NCBI GenBank assembly: GCA_963668035.1
Contig: OY764073.1
Location: 565 to 64,564 of the forward strand
DNA from: Candidatus Poribacteria bacterium
Lineage (GTDB): Bacteria; Poribacteria; WGA-4E; WGA-3G
Reading direction: 5' to 3'
Length of the DNA: 64,000 nt
Positions 19,311 through 28,419 of this stretch are shown one piece after another. Position 1 is the stretch's first letter, and every line of letters begins with the position of its first letter. Below the pieces are notes generated by a model. It was not told where the DNA came from. It saw nothing but the letters and a program-made list of their open reading frames with translations, and did not search any database. The position numbers were made by a program, and so were the translations under genes.

Positions 19311-20633
19311 TCAATGAGATTTTTTGGTGGAAGACTTTCTGGCGGCGAACTTCGCACGCAGTGCCTTGTGTGCTTGCGCTACCGGAATAGTATCTGTCCA
19401 TGTGATCTCACCTCTGATGTCGCGGCGGGTGAATTCCTTGTTGTGGTCGATAGTCCCACTGATGAGTTCCATCCGTGGGATAGAAACTTCTTCCGCGTCG
19501 CCAAAGACGAAGAGCGTAGCGTTTCCTTCGTGGGCGGGGCACTCCATGTTAAATTCGGATATCCGCGCGCGGTCTTTGCTTACTAACAGATGTCCCCTGA
19601 ATTGCTTCGGCGTGAGGTAGACACCTTCGTTGTAAGCTTGCGATCCTTTGAGGTGCTTTATTTCCAGGGTTAATGTGTTGAGTGTATGCTTTTGTGCGTT
19701 TAATACCGCCTTTAGCGTGTTAAACTCTGCATCAAGGTATGTAGCCAACGCTGTTTCGAGATCATCAACGTTTTCAGTTAGCTCCTTTTCGAGTTTATCG
19801 AGCCGCGCATCAAAAGTAGCGGTTAGTTCCTTTTTGAATTCATTGAGCCGCGCATCAAAGTTTGACACCAGTTCTTCTAACGCTGTTATTGTCGTCGTAA
19901 GTTCCGCGAGCCTCGTCTTAAGGTCTCCCGATAAACCTTCCAATGTAGTCGTTACCTCTGTCAGTGAAGCCAGGACTTCGGCAAGTTCCTTTTTCAGGTT
20001 AGCTAAGTCCTTTTCGGTCTCAGTGGCAAGGTCCGCCGGCAATAAGGCAACTTTCTTCTTCACTGAGCTAAGTTTATCCTCTACCGCTTCTTGTAGATCT
20101 CCGATTTCCTGTTTGATTTTCTGTTCTTCGAACCGCTGCTGGAGCTCCCCGATAGTCCGCCGTAGAGTTGCTTGTTCCATCTCGTCTGTCATCTTCGCGA
20201 CGGCCTCGGTTTCTTCTCTTATCTCAAGGTTGAAATCTGCGTGAAATTGGAAAATGATCTCGTAATAATCTGGTGAGACTGCTCGTAAACACGCGTAAGC
20301 ACCTTGCTGTCCCGATAGAGAGACGGTTGCCCCAGGATGAAACTGTTGAAGGAGCGGGAGCATCTGCCGCACATCAAACGCCCATGTGTCCCCGACAACG
20401 TTGTCGTGCCTGGGCGGTAAAAGCGATACAAGTGCCTCGTCAACAAGCATCCGCTGAGGGTGTGCCGGTTTGAGATCGGACAGATTCTTATATTGTGGTG
20501 GCGGCTTCCAGTGGGCTGCTATTGTCAATACTCGCTCGAGACCGCACTGTCCAACGTTGGCATGTAGTCCGAACATGGATAACGCGGCACAGCAGAAGAC
20601 TAAAACGTTAGCAAATCTAAATGAACGATTCAT
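19311..20633 (-). CDS. Secreted selenoprotein N (SELENON)-like protein interrupted by a ~190-aa coiled coil; lacks the Sec-containing C-terminal domain
   Basis: LLQQFHP...QGAYACLRAVSPDYYEIIFQFHADFNL and TPKQFRGHLLVSKD...IPRMEL...EITW match, from memory, SELENON blocks LLSMFHP...[27 protein letters not shown] and SPAQFTGHIILSKD...IPQMEL...EIKW. It has an N-terminal signal peptide. Confidence 0.75.
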   Translation of the reverse strand: MNRSFRFANVLVFCCAALSMFGLHANVGQCGLERVLTIAAHWKPPPQYKNLSDLKPAHPQRMLVDEALVSLLPPRHDNVVGDTWAFDVRQMLPLLQQFHPGATVSLSGQQGAYACLRAVSPDYYEIIFQFHADFNLEIREETEAVAKMTDEMEQATLRRTIGELQQRFEEQKIKQEIGDLQEAVEDKLSSVKKKVALLPADLATETEKDLANLKKELAEVLASLTEVTTTLEGLSGDLKTRLAELTTTITALEELVSNFDARLNEFKKELTATFDARLDKLEKELTENVDDLETALATYLDAEFNTLKAVLNAQKHTLNTLTLEIKHLKGSQAYNEGVYLTPKQFRGHLLVSKDRARISEFNMECPAHEGNATLFVFGDAEEVSIPRMELISGTIDHNKEFTRRDIRGEITWTDTIPVAQAHKALRAKFAARKSSTKKSH

Positions 20634-20726
20634 TATTTTCTCCCTATCCGCGGCGTGTTTGTGCCGCAAATTGTTAGTTTTAGGTTATTCAATCGAAATA
20701 TACCGCTGAAAACAGGCAAAAAATCA

Positions 20727-22973
20727 TCACTTTGTAGGTGGCGGTGCAAAGTCTTTTTGTATAAAGACGAACGCCTTATCTGTTGTTTTGCTGCTCCCGA
20801 ATGGACCAAAAGAAGGAGTGTAGTCAGTAATTTCACCGTCCCCGTAGAGTTCTTTTAACTGATCAAGTTCATCCTTAAAGTTTGAAGGGAGTCGCCGCTC
20901 AAGCTCAGGTAAGGTCAGAACACCATCGGGGTCGTCTCTATTTTCTAACAGCGTCAACAATGCCAAGGTAAATGGGGAATGTTCAATACCGGCCTGGACC
21001 TCCTCCTTCCCGCCGGCACTCACGTACCAGCGTGTCTTGACTTTCAGCGTCTCCGCAAGATCTAATTGTGGTTGGTTCGGCATTGCGTTTACTGCCTGGA
21101 AAACTGTTGAGGGACCTTTGTCGAGGGCGATGTTATGGTCAAACGTCCCGCCATAATCGACATCAAGTATCACCATGATGCGTTCGCACGGAAAATTGTT
21201 AAGAGCAGATTTTAATCTGCTATATGAGAGGTAGGTGGTAAGATTCGCATCCGCATCTGGAAGCTGTGACTCTGTTCCAGCGATGTGTCCCTCCTGCAAG
21301 GTTTTGTCAAAATGTCCATGTCCATTGAAATAGACGAGCAGTTGATCGCCGGGATCATATTTCTTTTCTTTGTATTCGGCGAGTGCGGCAAGTATCTGCT
21401 TTATCGTCAGGTTTGTGCGAATATCGACGTTAAACCCATATCGGTTTTGCAATTTCGCGCCGATAGCCCTTGCATCCGCTATTGGTGTGTAGGAATCGCC
21501 CCAATGCGTATACGTGTCCGTGGCGAACAGGAGTGCGTAATCCGTGCCTGTTCTGACAAATCCACTTCTATCGTAAGTACCATCGAAGGGTGATATTAGG
21601 TTAGGGTTGGCTACTTGCCATCCGTCAGCTTTGAGTGCTTCCATAAGAGGATTTTTCGTGTTTTCTACTTTCTCTGCCGGCACCCAAGTATGTTTGGACG
21701 TGGAAGCTGTTTCTATAGAAGCAAGTCTTCTGCGCATATCTTGCAACTGCGTCTGCAGATCTTCTACCAAATCTTCCTGTGTGCCTTTGCGTTTTAAAAC
21801 CTGCTTCATTCCGTTGGTGTTCGTCAAGGTGAGTGTGTTTCCGTTTAGATTCGCCTCCCAATTTTCTATGTTATCGTTTCCAAAGAGCCAATTCCGGGGA
21901 ATTATTTTCTGGACATCCTCTTCCGTGATACCGGACGACAACCAGAAGTCTTCGGGTTCAAGTCGGATCTCAAGATTCTCTTGAGCCGTGATGATGGTCC
22001 CTTCTGTCGATGTGAAGGAGCTGTTGTAGGAACCTTTTTCTGCCAGACTTACTTCTGGTAACAAAGCCATACCGCCCCCTAAATCGATCTTTATATCAAA
22101 CGCAAGTATCCGGGCCCAAGAACCGTTCGTAAAGAAAATAAGGTCATTCTGGATGTCCTTGGCCTCTATGCTATCCCAGAAGAATTCTTTACCAAGGTAT
22201 TCTATTAAAGGTTTCCCATCTAAAGGTTTCCCATTTACCGTTATCCTTTCCGCCAGGTATTCCATTAAAGGTTTCCCATCAGGTGTTGGCATTTTCAAAA
22301 AACGCTCTGTAACAGGTTTACCATCAATAGATACCATTTCCCAAGAGTCAGCTATAATTTTGCCGGACTGAACTGCCGCTTCCAGGTCTGCCTTGAGTTT
22401 AGCCAGTTCAGCTGCATAAGTCTCTCGTTCCTTTTTCCACTTTGCTTTTTCTTTAACGAGCTGCTGTTCTAATGCATTAGACTGCTCCAACGCGTTTTGT
22501 AACGCTTTAAGTGACTCATATTCGTCGAGTTGGACCACTTCAACTGCCTCTGCTTTTACAACTGACTCATCTTCGGCGAGTTCAGTGAAGTTTTTCCCTT
22601 GTCTTTGGGGAGTATTGAAGACAGACTTGACATCCCTAAAAATCTTCTGGGCGACCTCTCTCTTAGCAGCTGCTATAGTATCTTCTAACGTGCTATCCAC
22701 GGGAATACGCAACTGCTCGCCGGGGTAGATGAAGTGCGGATTTGTGAAGTCGTTATACTTGCTCAGCTCACGCCACCGGAGCGGGTCTTTGAGATGTTCT
22801 TGGCAGAGGTTCCAAAGCGTATCACCTTTTTTGATGGTGATGAGTATAGTGCTTTGATCTCCCTCGTCGTGTGGGGTGATCCGTGCCGAGGTGGATAAGA
22901 CATAAACGGCACAGAGTGCTGTGCAGATGTAGAGGATCAGCGTTATCTTCAGCGTGCTTTTGATAATTTTCAT
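20727..22973 (-). CDS. Mosaic protein: signal/anchor + LysM + coiled coil + lipocalin-like + caspase-like (C14) domain with catalytic Cys replaced by Asp
   Basis: DYALLFATD, DQLLVYFNGHG, VILDVDYGG, HSPFT. The start was reassigned to MKIIKS, which has an AAGGAG RBS. Confidence 0.85.
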   Translation of the reverse strand: MKIIKSTLKITLILYICTALCAVYVLSTSARITPHDEGDQSTILITIKKGDTLWNLCQEHLKDPLRWRELSKYNDFTNPHFIYPGEQLRIPVDSTLEDTIAAAKREVAQKIFRDVKSVFNTPQRQGKNFTELAEDESVVKAEAVEVVQLDEYESLKALQNALEQSNALEQQLVKEKAKWKKERETYAAELAKLKADLEAAVQSGKIIADSWEMVSIDGKPVTERFLKMPTPDGKPLMEYLAERITVNGKPLDGKPLIEYLGKEFFWDSIEAKDIQNDLIFFTNGSWARILAFDIKIDLGGGMALLPEVSLAEKGSYNSSFTSTEGTIITAQENLEIRLEPEDFWLSSGITEEDVQKIIPRNWLFGNDNIENWEANLNGNTLTLTNTNGMKQVLKRKGTQEDLVEDLQTQLQDMRRRLASIETASTSKHTWVPAEKVENTKNPLMEALKADGWQVANPNLISPFDGTYDRSGFVRTGTDYALLFATDTYTHWGDSYTPIADARAIGAKLQNRYGFNVDIRTNLTIKQILAALAEYKEKKYDPGDQLLVYFNGHGHFDKTLQEGHIAGTESQLPDADANLTTYLSYSRLKSALNNFPCERIMVILDVDYGGTFDHNIALDKGPSTVFQAVNAMPNQPQLDLAETLKVKTRWYVSAGGKEEVQAGIEHSPFTLALLTLLENRDDPDGVLTLPELERRLPSNFKDELDQLKELYGDGEITDYTPSFGPFGSSKTTDKAFVFIQKDFAPPPTK

Positions 22974-23065
22974 ACTTTTCTCCTTATTCTCGGCGTATTT
23001 GTGCCGGGAAGTGTTATTTTTAGGTTGTTGTATTGAAACATAGGGTTCAAAACAGTCAAAGATCC

Positions 23066-25009
23066 TCACTTTGTAGGTGGCGGTGCAAAGTCTTTTTGTA
23101 TAAAGACGAACGCCTTATCTGTTGTTTTGCTGCTCCCGAATGGACCAAAAGAAGGAGTGTAGTCAGTAATTTCACCGTCCCCGTAGAGTTCTTTTAACTG
23201 ATCAAGTTCATCCTTAAAGTTTGAAGGGAGTCGCCGTTCAAGCTCAGGTAAGGTCAGAACACCATCGGGGTCGTCTCTATTTTCTAACAGCGTCAACAGT
23301 GCCAAGGTAAATGGGGAGTGTTCAATACCGGCCAGGACCTCCTCCTTCCCGCCGGCACTCACGTACCAGCGTGTCTTGACTTTCAGCGTCTCCGCAAGAT
23401 CTAATTGTGGTTGGTTCAGCATTGCGTTTACTGCCTGGAAAACTGTTGAAGGAGCTTTGTCGAGGGCGATGTTATGGTCAAACGTCCCGCCATAATCGAC
23501 ATCAAGTATCACCATGATGCGTTCGCACGGAAAATTGTTAAGAGCAGATTTTAATCTGCTATATGAGAGGTAGGTGGTAAGATTCTCATCCGCATCTGGA
23601 AGCTGTGACTCTGTTCCAGCGATGTGTCCCTCCTGCAAGGTTTTGTCAAAATGTCCATGTCCATTGAAATAGACGAGCAGTTGATCGCCGGGATCATATT
23701 TCTTTTCTTTGTATTCGGCGAGTGCGGCAAGTATCTGCTTTATCGTCACATTTTTCCGAATATCCACTTCAAACCCGTATCGGTCTTGCAATTCCTCTCC
23801 GATAGCCTTCGCATCTCCTATCGGGGTTTCGATATACGGCCAATGCGTATATGCGTCTGTGGCGAACAGGAGTGCGTAATCCGTGCCTGTTCTGACAAAT
23901 CCACTTCTATCGTAATTACCGTCGAAGGGTGATATTTGGTTAGGGTTGGCTACTTGCCATCCGTCAGCCTTGAGTGCTTCCGTCAATTTTTCATTAGCCT
24001 GTTTCTCTGCCGGCCCCCAAGTATTTTTGAACGTGGAACGCCAAGTATTTTCGGCTGTCTCTATAGAAGCAAGCCTTCTGCGCATATCTTGCAACTTCGT
24101 GTGCAGATCTTCTGCCAAATCTGCCTGTGTGACTTTGCGTTTTAAAACCTGCTTTATTCCCTTGGTGTTCGTCAAGGTGAGTGTGTCTTCGTTTAGACTC
24201 GCCTCCCAATTTTCATCGTTTCCAAAGAGCCAATTCGGGCGAATTACTTTCAGGACATCCTCTTCCGTGATGCCGGAGGACTTCTTCCAGAAGTCTTCGG
24301 GTTCAAGTCGGATCTCAAGCTTCTCTTGAGCTGTGATGATGGTCCCGCCTGTCGGTGTGAAGGAGCCGTTGGAGGAACCTTTTTCTGCCAGACTTACTTT
24401 TGGTAGCAAACTCACACCGCCCCCTAAATCGATCTTTATATCAAACATAAGTGTCCGGAACCACGAACCGTTCGGAAAGAAAATAAGGTCATTCTGGATG
24501 TCCTTGGCCTCTATGCTATCCCAGAAGAATTCTTTACCAAGAAGTTCCGTAACAGATTGCCCTTTAAGAAACTCTAACGTTATCCTTTCCGCCAGGTATT
24601 CCATTAAAGGTTTACCGTCAGGTGTTGGCATTTTCAAAAAATGCTCTGTAACAGGTTTATCATCAATTGATACCATTTCCCAAGAGCCAGTTATAATTTT
24701 GCCGGACTGAACTTCTGCTTCCACTTCTGCCTTGAGCTTAGCCAGTTCAGCTGCATAAGTCTCTCGCTCCTTTTTCCACTTTGCTTTTTCTTCCAGGAGC
24801 TGCTGTTGTAATGCATCAAGCTCCTCCAACGTTTTTTGTAACGCTTCAAGTCCCTCTGCCTTTAAGACTACCTCGTCTTCGGTGAGTTCAACGACTACCT
24901 CGTCTTCGGCGGGTTCAACAGCCGAGGTGGATAAGACATAAACGGCACAGAGTGCTGTGCAGATGTAAAGGATCAGCGTTATCTTCAGCGTGCTTTTGAT
25001 AATTTTCAT
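23066..25009 (-). CDS. Mosaic protein: signal/anchor + coiled coil + lipocalin-like + caspase-like domain (Cys replaced by Asp)
   Basis: Tandem paralog of 20727-22973 without LysM; YFNGHG and LDVDYGG. Confidence 0.85.
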   Translation of the reverse strand: MKIIKSTLKITLILYICTALCAVYVLSTSAVEPAEDEVVVELTEDEVVLKAEGLEALQKTLEELDALQQQLLEEKAKWKKERETYAAELAKLKAEVEAEVQSGKIITGSWEMVSIDDKPVTEHFLKMPTPDGKPLMEYLAERITLEFLKGQSVTELLGKEFFWDSIEAKDIQNDLIFFPNGSWFRTLMFDIKIDLGGGVSLLPKVSLAEKGSSNGSFTPTGGTIITAQEKLEIRLEPEDFWKKSSGITEEDVLKVIRPNWLFGNDENWEASLNEDTLTLTNTKGIKQVLKRKVTQADLAEDLHTKLQDMRRRLASIETAENTWRSTFKNTWGPAEKQANEKLTEALKADGWQVANPNQISPFDGNYDRSGFVRTGTDYALLFATDAYTHWPYIETPIGDAKAIGEELQDRYGFEVDIRKNVTIKQILAALAEYKEKKYDPGDQLLVYFNGHGHFDKTLQEGHIAGTESQLPDADENLTTYLSYSRLKSALNNFPCERIMVILDVDYGGTFDHNIALDKAPSTVFQAVNAMLNQPQLDLAETLKVKTRWYVSAGGKEEVLAGIEHSPFTLALLTLLENRDDPDGVLTLPELERRLPSNFKDELDQLKELYGDGEITDYTPSFGPFGSSKTTDKAFVFIQKDFAPPPTK

Positions 25010-25101
25010 ACTTTTCTCCTTATTCTCGGCGTATTTGTGCCGGGAAGTGTTATTTTTAGATTGTTGTGTTGAAACATAGGGTTCAAAACAGTCAAAGATC
25101 C

Positions 25102-26529
25102 TCACTTTGTAGGTGGTGGTGCAAAATCTTTTTGTATAAAGACGAACGCCTGGTCTGTTATTTTCCTGCGCCTGAGGGGGCTCCCGAAGGGTCCTGAAGC
25201 GGGGGTTTGCTCAACTTCGCTTTCTTTGTCCAGGGATCTTAACCTGTCAAGTTCACTTTCAAGTTTTGATGGGAGCTGGCGTTCAATTTCGGGTATGGTT
25301 AGCACCCCGTCGGCTAAAATCTCATCACTACTGTTTAAAATCTGCAGGAGTGCCGAAGTAAAAGGGGAATGTTCTATACCGGCCTGGACCGGCTCCTTCC
25401 CGCCGGCACTCAGGTACCAGCGTGTCTTGGCTTTCAGCGTCTCCGCAAGATCTAATTGTGGCTGGTTCCGTTTTTCTTTTCCTACTCGGTGATATCTTGA
25501 GGGAGCTTTGTCCAAGGCTTTGTCCAAGGCGATGTTAGCGTCAAACGTCCCGCCATAAGAGACGTCAAGTATCACTATGATGCGTTTGCACGGAAAATTG
25601 TTAAGAGCAGATTTTAATCTGCTATATGAGAGGTAAGTGGTAAGATGCACATCTGTCTCTGGAAGCTGTGACTCTGTTCCAGCGATGTGTCCCTCCTGCA
25701 AAGTTGCATCAAAATATCCATGTCCAGTGAAATAGACGAGCAGTTGATCGCCGGGGGCATATTCCTTTTTGTTGTATTCGGCGAGTGCGACAAGTATCTG
25801 CCTTATCGTCAGATTTTCCCGAATATCGACGTTAAACCCATATCGGTTTTCCAATACCGCGCCGATAGTCTTTGCGTCCGCTATTGGGGTATTGAGATTG
25901 TTCCAATGCGTATACATGTCCGTGGCGAACAGGAGTGCGTAATCCGTGCCTGTTCTGACAAATCCACTTCTATCGTAATTGCCATCGAAGTCGTTTCTGG
26001 ACACGTTTCCGGGTATCTGCAACAGATGTTCATTCGGAACCCGGTATCTGTAGAAGTTTATCTGTTTCGTATCCGCTTTACTGATTTTGTGATAGATACC
26101 GTCATTTTCTTCGGCGGACGCAGAGAGGATCTCCCCACTACCAAAATCCTGAACGATTTTAAAATTCTTTTCAGGATGAACAAGATAATACCCGGATCCC
26201 GTTACGTTGGAGCCACTGAATGAGCCACTGAATACTGTTCCGTTCGACAGTTCACCCGCTACACCGAGGTCAACATAACTCGTCTTAGGGATATCTATTT
26301 TCATATAACGTCCAGATGGAACGTGCACCCACCCTCTCACGTGATACCCAGCTACTTCCCCGATCTTATCAACGTCTTCAGGGTCAACGGCATACCAGTA
26401 TGCAAAACGAGCTTCGGAATCGCTTCTATTTTTGATGGTCAGCGTTCGTTTCTGTTCCGCCGCTATTACCGAGTTGGCGAAGAGCGACAATAGCACCAAA
26501 AAAAGACTGAAAAAACTGCTTCGTTTCAT
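25102..26529 (-). CDS. Secreted DUF1036-like + caspase-like protein (Cys replaced by Ser)
   Basis: Signal peptide; TLTIKN...RFAYWY...GYHVRGWVHVPSG; YFTGHG and LDVSYGG. Confidence 0.82.
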   Translation of the reverse strand: MKRSSFFSLFLVLLSLFANSVIAAEQKRTLTIKNRSDSEARFAYWYAVDPEDVDKIGEVAGYHVRGWVHVPSGRYMKIDIPKTSYVDLGVAGELSNGTVFSGSFSGSNVTGSGYYLVHPEKNFKIVQDFGSGEILSASAEENDGIYHKISKADTKQINFYRYRVPNEHLLQIPGNVSRNDFDGNYDRSGFVRTGTDYALLFATDMYTHWNNLNTPIADAKTIGAVLENRYGFNVDIRENLTIRQILVALAEYNKKEYAPGDQLLVYFTGHGYFDATLQEGHIAGTESQLPETDVHLTTYLSYSRLKSALNNFPCKRIIVILDVSYGGTFDANIALDKALDKAPSRYHRVGKEKRNQPQLDLAETLKAKTRWYLSAGGKEPVQAGIEHSPFTSALLQILNSSDEILADGVLTIPEIERQLPSKLESELDRLRSLDKESEVEQTPASGPFGSPLRRRKITDQAFVFIQKDFAPPPTK

Positions 26530-26666
26530 GAGTACCTCCTTATATATGTTTACACTTGTAGCATAGGCTGTTAGCCTGTGCCGTAAGATTTCGGAGTTCG
26601 GAAGATGCGCAAGGGATTAGGGGATCCACTATAATCCGAGAGTTTTCGCCACATTTTTGAGACACG

Positions 26667-26695
26667 CGTAGAGGTTGGGTTACCCAACCCCTACG
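26667..26695. repeat. GTAG-type palindrome (REP-like)
   Basis: CGTAG-A-GGTTGGG-TTA-CCCAACC-C-CTACG hairpin in an intergenic gap. Confidence 0.6.
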
Positions 26696-26725
26696 ATTGG
26701 CTAAATTCTCAGGCACAAGGCTGTA

Positions 26726-27733
26726 TCATTTACTTTTACGAAAAACATCCCGTATCGATTTGCTAACTACAGGCATCTTATGAAATACAAACGCCTTATC
26801 TGTTGGTTCGCTGTTCCCGAAGGGTCCAGAAGCCGCGGTTAGCTTGATCTCAAGATCTGGGTTTTCCGCTAAATCCTCTACAACTCCCTTTCTAATTGGA
26901 TAGCTTGGCGTGGAGATTACCTCGACCTTGAGATATGGATTTTCCTTCCAGAACTTGTTAATCGAAAGCGCGAATTCAATTTCGGGTATTGTCAATCTAT
27001 GATCAGCTAACAGCAGTATTTGTGTCCCTCCACCAATATCTAAAGGTATATCCCTTAAAATCTGCAGGAGTGCCGAGGCAAATGGAGAATGTTCAATACC
27101 GTCCTGGACCGCCTCTGTCCGACCAGAACTCAGGTACCATCGCGTCTTTTTATCCGGATCGGCAACGCTTAGATCTAGCGGCTTCATGAGATTATCCAAT
27201 GACTGCGCAGCATCCAGTCCTCTTTCCTCATCAAATGTTCCGCCATAGCAGACATCAAGTATCAGCATGATGTTTGTACACGGAAAAGCGTCAAGGTCCG
27301 CTCTCAATTTGCTAAAGGAGAGGTAAGTGGTAAGATTCTTATCTACTTCTGGAGGCTCTGACTCTATCCCAGCGATGTATCCGTCCTGCAAAGTTTCATC
27401 AAAATGTCCATGTCCATTGAAATAGACGAGCAGTTGAGCTCCGGTGGCATATTTCTTTTGCTTGTATTCGGCGAGTGCGGCAAGTATCTGCTTTATCGTC
27501 AGGTTTGTGCGAGTATCGACGTCAAACCCGTATTGGTTTTGCAATTCCTCTCCGATAGCCTTTGCGTCCGCTATTGGTGTGTCAAGATTCTGCCAATACA
27601 CATACGCGTCTGTGGCGAATAGCAGGGCGTAATCCGATCTACTTGCTTTAAGAGGTAATGCAGCTCCAAATGCTGTGCTTGCGGAGAGTGTGACGAATAC
27701 CAAAAAAAGACTAAAAAAACGGAAGCGTTTCAT
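26726..27733 (-). CDS. Secreted caspase family (peptidase C14/orthocaspase-like) protein with intact His-Cys dyad
   Basis: Signal peptide ending AFG-A; YFNGHG and LILDVCYGG. Confidence 0.88.
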   Translation of the reverse strand: MKRFRFFSLFLVFVTLSASTAFGAALPLKASRSDYALLFATDAYVYWQNLDTPIADAKAIGEELQNQYGFDVDTRTNLTIKQILAALAEYKQKKYATGAQLLVYFNGHGHFDETLQDGYIAGIESEPPEVDKNLTTYLSFSKLRADLDAFPCTNIMLILDVCYGGTFDEERGLDAAQSLDNLMKPLDLSVADPDKKTRWYLSSGRTEAVQDGIEHSPFASALLQILRDIPLDIGGGTQILLLADHRLTIPEIEFALSINKFWKENPYLKVEVISTPSYPIRKGVVEDLAENPDLEIKLTAASGPFGNSEPTDKAFVFHKMPVVSKSIRDVFRKSK

Positions 27734-27806
27734 GTGTTTTCTCCTTTTCTCTGTAATAAAAAGTGTTAGGTAGTCTGTAGAAAAAACGGCTGGGTAGTCG
27801 CTAACA

Positions 27807-28271
27807 TCACGGTTTAGTCAAAATGGCAAGGCTCTTATGTGTGATCGGGGTTTCCCGAATCTTGGTGGCTTCTGAATCAGCCAAGTAGTAATATCCGTCG
27901 CGCGTAATAGTTTTGATCGGTGAAAACGGCTGTTCTTGTGCTAAAACGATCAACTGTTCTGAACCGAAGGGTGGGGTGGCCACAAACCTCCCAATCACTA
28001 CATCACTGCCAACCTGTGTCTGCTGAATATGGGTGCTGTCGTGAAGGAGCGTGTATTTTAGACCGTCTTGATCACCGGTGGCAAGCACATAGATTAATCG
28101 GATGTAGGCGGGTTGATTCACGCGACAAGAAACAATCATGCGTTCGCCCTCGGCGTAAACCTTTTTGTCTGTCCAAGCGTCAAGTTTCAGTGCCTGTTTA
28201 CTGCATCCGGTCATAGAAAAGCAGCCAATAATGGAAAGGGTGAATAACGTGATGCCTCTCAATTTTTTCAT
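27807..28271 (-). CDS. Lipoprotein with stand-alone DUF4384-like domain
   Basis: Lipobox MTGC; AWTDKKVYAEGE...VNQPAYIRLIY...PPFGSEQLIVLA; a close copy of the C-terminus of 28420-30057. Confidence 0.78.
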   Translation of the reverse strand: MKKLRGITLFTLSIIGCFSMTGCSKQALKLDAWTDKKVYAEGERMIVSCRVNQPAYIRLIYVLATGDQDGLKYTLLHDSTHIQQTQVGSDVVIGRFVATPPFGSEQLIVLAQEQPFSPIKTITRDGYYYLADSEATKIRETPITHKSLAILTKP

Positions 28272-28419
28272 CGGTGGTGTTTCCTTCTATGGATGCAAGA
28301 ACCTTTTCAAGTCTGGGACGAGTCAGTCCATGCTTAGAAAAAAAGCGGGACATAGGAGCCCCGCTTCTGTATGTGGGTACAACAACTGGTAGTCTGTCAA
28401 GTCTAACGCGTGACAACTA

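Noticed and set aside
19283-19313. Possible selenocysteine read-through: the SelN-like ORF ends in TGA followed by a hairpin (ACACCCGTAGATACGGTGT)
   Set aside because: The context is KKSH-stop rather than SC-U-G. Read-through gives only about 30 unrelated residues before TAA. The hairpin fits the convergent-terminator or REP zone equally well.
20634-25101. Integron cassette array or CRISPR
   Set aside because: The spacers lack attC-type inverted core sites and are duplicated together with flanking coding DNA. There are no short regularly spaced repeats, and no integrase or cas genes.
22974-25105. N-terminal extensions MRIFDCFEP... in the ORF track (and similar extensions at 13565, 17477, 32423, 36434, 47515)
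   Set aside because: Downstream starts have clear RBSs and place signal peptides or family N-termini at residue 1.
20727-26000. Diversity-generating retroelement (TR/VR) explanation for the near-identical repeats
   Set aside because: There is no reverse transcriptase in the window, and the differences include non-adenine changes (e.g. CCG vs CTG).
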